From an uncultured archaeon (GTDB lineage: Archaea > Asgardarchaeota > Lokiarchaeia > Sigyniarchaeales > SOKP01): a stretch of 27,922 nucleotides of DNA. The stretch spans positions 1-27,922 of the forward strand of contig CAYUTF010000033.1 in the NCBI GenBank assembly GCA_964447495.1, read 5' to 3'. Positions within the stretch are counted from its first letter, which is position 1, and every line of letters begins with the position of its first letter. The notes under the pieces are model-generated. The model ran no database searches. It was not told where the DNA came from and was given only the letters and a program-made list of their open reading frames with translations. The position numbers and the translations under genes were made by a program. Below are positions 25,263-27,922 of this stretch, in pieces.

Positions 25263-27413
25263 TCATACTTTATCTCCAGTTGTGAAATAGGGGCTGTTAA
25301 AAGACTTTGACTTAGACTTTTTTGACTTTGATTTAGACTTAAATTGAACCGAAGAGGTTGTAAATACCCCTGGATCTAATTCCTCAACAAACTGGGACAA
25401 CCTTGAGGTTTCGAACCTCCCAAACTTTTGAACAAAAGAGGGAGTAATCAAGTAGAGCTGGTCTTTTGCTCGAGTCACCGCAACATAAAATACTCTCCGC
25501 TCCTCTTCATATGCCTCATTGTCTCCGACCACTCTGCTTGTCGGAAATAAATTTTCGCAGAGCATGGGAATAAACACTGCGCGCCATTCTAGTCCTTTGG
25601 CCCGATGAATGGTCGACAGTACAAGGGGAGGCTCATCCTCTTGCTGAGAGCCCATCATTACCGTTTTGGATTCAATAGTGGACCGATTGAGACTCAAATT
25701 TTCTAAAAATCGCTGAATGGTGCCAAATTTTTGGGAATAAATGGCAAGTTGATTTAAATCTTCGAGCCTTTGGTCGGGAGTGTTGTACTTTGTTTTGATA
25801 TAATCCTCCAAGTTTTTCGTTATCCTGCTGATCATAGTTGCCGGGTCGTCTTGGGACGTAATGTCTGCGATTGATGTTATGTGTTTCATGAGATTCTTCA
25901 CTCCAACTTTGGGAATCCCATTTAATTTTGTAGTATAAAAACCTTTATCGAGAAGGGTCTTCAAGGGATCATCTGTGGATAAGATGGCTTTTCGAATCTT
26001 GCTATTCGACGTTTGTCCAATACCTCCAACAATACCAAAAATACGAGACCACGAGACCTCATCATATGGATTTTCGATAACTTTAAGGTGTGCTAAAAGA
26101 TCCTTGATATGTGCTCGCTCGAAAAAGGATACTCCAGCGCGTACTTCATAGGGAATGTTTTTTGCTTGGAGTTCAACTTCGATGCGAATCGAATGACTTG
26201 CTGCTCGGTATAGCACAGCTATTTCATTAAGAGCAAACCCATCATCTCTGAGTTTTAACACTTGATTTGCGATAAACCGTGCTTGGTCATCTTCGCTTCC
26301 CACATTCACCTGATACGGTACAAGCCCATCAGGTCGAGTAGGCTTCATTTTTTTCTTGAACTGCTGTTTATTATGTTTGATGGAGTCGTTGGCTAATTCA
26401 AGGATTTGGGGGCGACTGCGGTAATTATAAGTTATGATATACCGCTTACAGTTTTTATAACGCTTCTCAAAGCGAAGAATGTTTTGGAAATTCGCGCCTC
26501 GAAACGCATAAATGCTTTGGGCATCGTCCCCTACAGCAATAACATTTTGCTCCGGATTATTCTTCACGATTTTGTGGATAATATCATCTTGGATGTAATT
26601 GGTATCTTGATACTCATCGACCAATACGTACTTAATGCGCTTCGCAATCATCCGTGCGACATCTCTCTCTTCTAACAATCGATTCCAGAACACCAGTAAA
26701 TCATCAAAATCCAACAAAGAGTCCGCTTCCTTCTTTTTCCCATAAATTTTAAAGACCTGTTTCAACTTCGCAATGACGGCATCATCATTGTAGTGCAGAT
26801 ATTTCCATAGAACCACCTCTTCGATGGATTTATTACAATTGATGGAAAACGACAAGATATCTTTTGCTTGGGCTGACGTCGGGAATCGTTGTTCAAGCTC
26901 CGATACATCCGCATCGGTTATCGCCAGCTTCATGAGTGCTTTCGCATCGCCTTCGTCCATAATTGTGTAATTAGGCTTCATATTCAGTGTTTTACAGTAG
27001 ATTCGCAAAAAACGGTTCGCAATGGAGTGGAAGGTACCCGCCCAGATGCCTTTAGGACGCTTACCTAAAAGAGTTTCAACGCGTTTGATCATCTCGCTTG
27101 CGGCTTTATTCGTAAAGGTGACGAGCATAATCTGGCTAGGGTAAACGCCCGATGATAATAACTTCGCAACGGCGTATACAATCGTTCGCGTCTTTCCAGA
27201 GCCCGCACCAGCAATGATGAGCATTGGACCGTTGATATTGTTGACGACATCCAACTGTTCGCCATTAAGATTGGACTCGAAGTCAATCTTGTTGTATTCT
27301 TCAAGTGGCGCTTTCGGTTCCGGTCGAAGTCCGTTGATGTAGTCCTCATCGTAGAACTCGAATACATATTCTTCTTTTGGGTTTTCTTGTAGCGATGGCA
27401 TTTCAAATCTCAA
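25263..27413 (-). CDS. uvrD: ATP-dependent DNA helicase, UvrD/PcrA family
   Basis: IIAGAGSGKT, VTFTNKAA, GTFHS, LVDEYQDTN, VGDDAQSIYAFRGA, NYRS, STIHRAKGLEW and EERRVFYVAVTRAK motifs. Start may be the ATG at 27401. Confidence 0.95.
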   Translation of the reverse strand: MRFEMPSLQENPKEEYVFEFYDEDYINGLRPEPKAPLEEYNKIDFESNLNGEQLDVVNNINGPMLIIAGAGSGKTRTIVYAVAKLLSSGVYPSQIMLVTFTNKAASEMIKRVETLLGKRPKGIWAGTFHSIANRFLRIYCKTLNMKPNYTIMDEGDAKALMKLAITDADVSELEQRFPTSAQAKDILSFSINCNKSIEEVVLWKYLHYNDDAVIAKLKQVFKIYGKKKEADSLLDFDDLLVFWNRLLEERDVARMIAKRIKYVLVDEYQDTNYIQDDIIHKIVKNNPEQNVIAVGDDAQSIYAFRGANFQNILRFEKRYKNCKRYIITYNYRSRPQILELANDSIKHNKQQFKKKMKPTRPDGLVPYQVNVGSEDDQARFIANQVLKLRDDGFALNEIAVLYRAASHSIRIEVELQAKNIPYEVRAGVSFFERAHIKDLLAHLKVIENPYDEVSWSRIFGIVGGIGQTSNSKIRKAILSTDDPLKTLLDKGFYTTKLNGIPKVGVKNLMKHITSIADITSQDDPATMISRITKNLEDYIKTKYNTPDQRLEDLNQLAIYSQKFGTIQRFLENLSLNRSTIESKTVMMGSQQEDEPPLVLSTIHRAKGLEWRAVFIPMLCENLFPTSRVVGDNEAYEEERRVFYVAVTRAKDQLYLITPSFVQKFGRFETSRLSQFVEELDPGVFTTSSVQFKSKSKSKKSKSKSFNSPYFTTGDKV

Positions 27414-27747
27414 TTATATTATGAAACTCAAGCAATTTGAATTTATCTAAAATAAGAGCATTTATAAAACTTTGAGAGAAAGGAAAAGGAATAAATTAAT
27501 ATAATATCTCAATTTTAGTTTTCTAATTTTGAAAATTGACTTTTTCAATGACGAATATCTTTTAAATTCTTGAACCCTTCAATAGTCTTTAGACAAGAAA
27601 GTACAACTTATAACTCATAATCTTTATAAAAATTGAATCTCCAGAATTCCAAAGACTATAATATGATGCACTTTATTATATTTAAGGAGTAGGAAACAGT
27701 TATTCAATAAAAAAATTTTAATAGCATTTACATTTGGAGTTGATATT

Positions 27748-27922
27748 ATGGGATTTGAGAAAATAAATGAAAATCAACAGGAAAAGGAAAAGTTAGAAAA
27801 AGAGTTTCTTGAAAAAGAAGCCCTTGAAAAAGAAAGACTTGAAAGGGAGAGACTCGAAAAGGAGAAACTGGAAAAAGAAAGGCTGGAAAAAGAAAGGCTT
27901 GAAAAGGAAAGACTTGAAAAAG
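27748..27922 (+). CDS. Partial protein with N-terminal (EKERL)n charged pentapeptide repeats (runs off the right edge)
   Basis: Not in the ORF track. GGAG upstream, ATG at 27748: MGFEKINENQQEKEKLEKEFLEKEALEKERLERERLEKEKLEKERLEKERLEKERLEK... Confidence 0.8.
   Translation, partial: MGFEKINENQQEKEKLEKEFLEKEALEKERLERERLEKEKLEKERLEKERLEKERLEK
27781..27922 (+). repeat. 15-nt imperfect coding tandem repeat (9 full units plus a partial one)
   Basis: GAA AAR GAR ARR CTN-type units with synonymous variation. Confidence 0.9.

Noticed and set aside
2703-27406. Short track ORFs nested in or antisense to long genes (e.g. 2703, 3678, 3750, 5133, 5257, 6180, 7669, 9791, 11418, 13744, 15615, 15974, 18645, 19343, 20780, 21915, 21933, 22476, 23778, 23924, 24465, 24797, 26406, 27089)
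   Set aside because: All overlap well-supported genes in another frame or strand and show no motifs.
25263-27413. UvrD as a Gabija GajB or other defence helicase partnered with the NLR-like gene
   Set aside because: It is a full-length PcrA/UvrD-type protein, convergently oriented, with no OLD-family nuclease nearby; a housekeeping role is more likely.
27781-27922. Tandem repeat as a possible CRISPR array
   Set aside because: 15-nt units with no spacers and third-position variation indicate a coding repeat.

Overview
AT-rich prokaryotic window with no rRNA, tRNA, CRISPR array, transposase or integrase visible. GGTGA/GAGGTG ribosome-binding motifs, T-run terminators, many TTG/GTG starts and a gene set including TIR, LRR, zinc-ribbon and beta-oxidation genes suggest an archaeon, most plausibly Asgard/Lokiarchaeia (inference). 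The left half holds surface and metabolic genes: a partial secreted protein missed by the ORF track, a five-TM-anchored GH33 sialidase, an acyl-CoA dehydrogenase and a FixC/FixX-like pair. It also carries two near-identical 623-bp hemerythrin-gene copies bracketing a 3.9-kb block. The main feature is a 1846-aa NLR-like SIR2-STAND(NB-ARC)-TPR protein with about 22-24 repeats at an unusually regular 48-aa period, followed by a co-oriented zinc-ribbon-LRR gene. Candidate immune or nucleotide-acting genes are scattered nearby: a 2TM-TIR, an NDT/retron-effector-like protein, a NYN nuclease and a stand-alone Smr. A UvrD helicase and a partial (EKERL)n repeat protein end the window. All calls come from reading motifs by eye; no searches were run.
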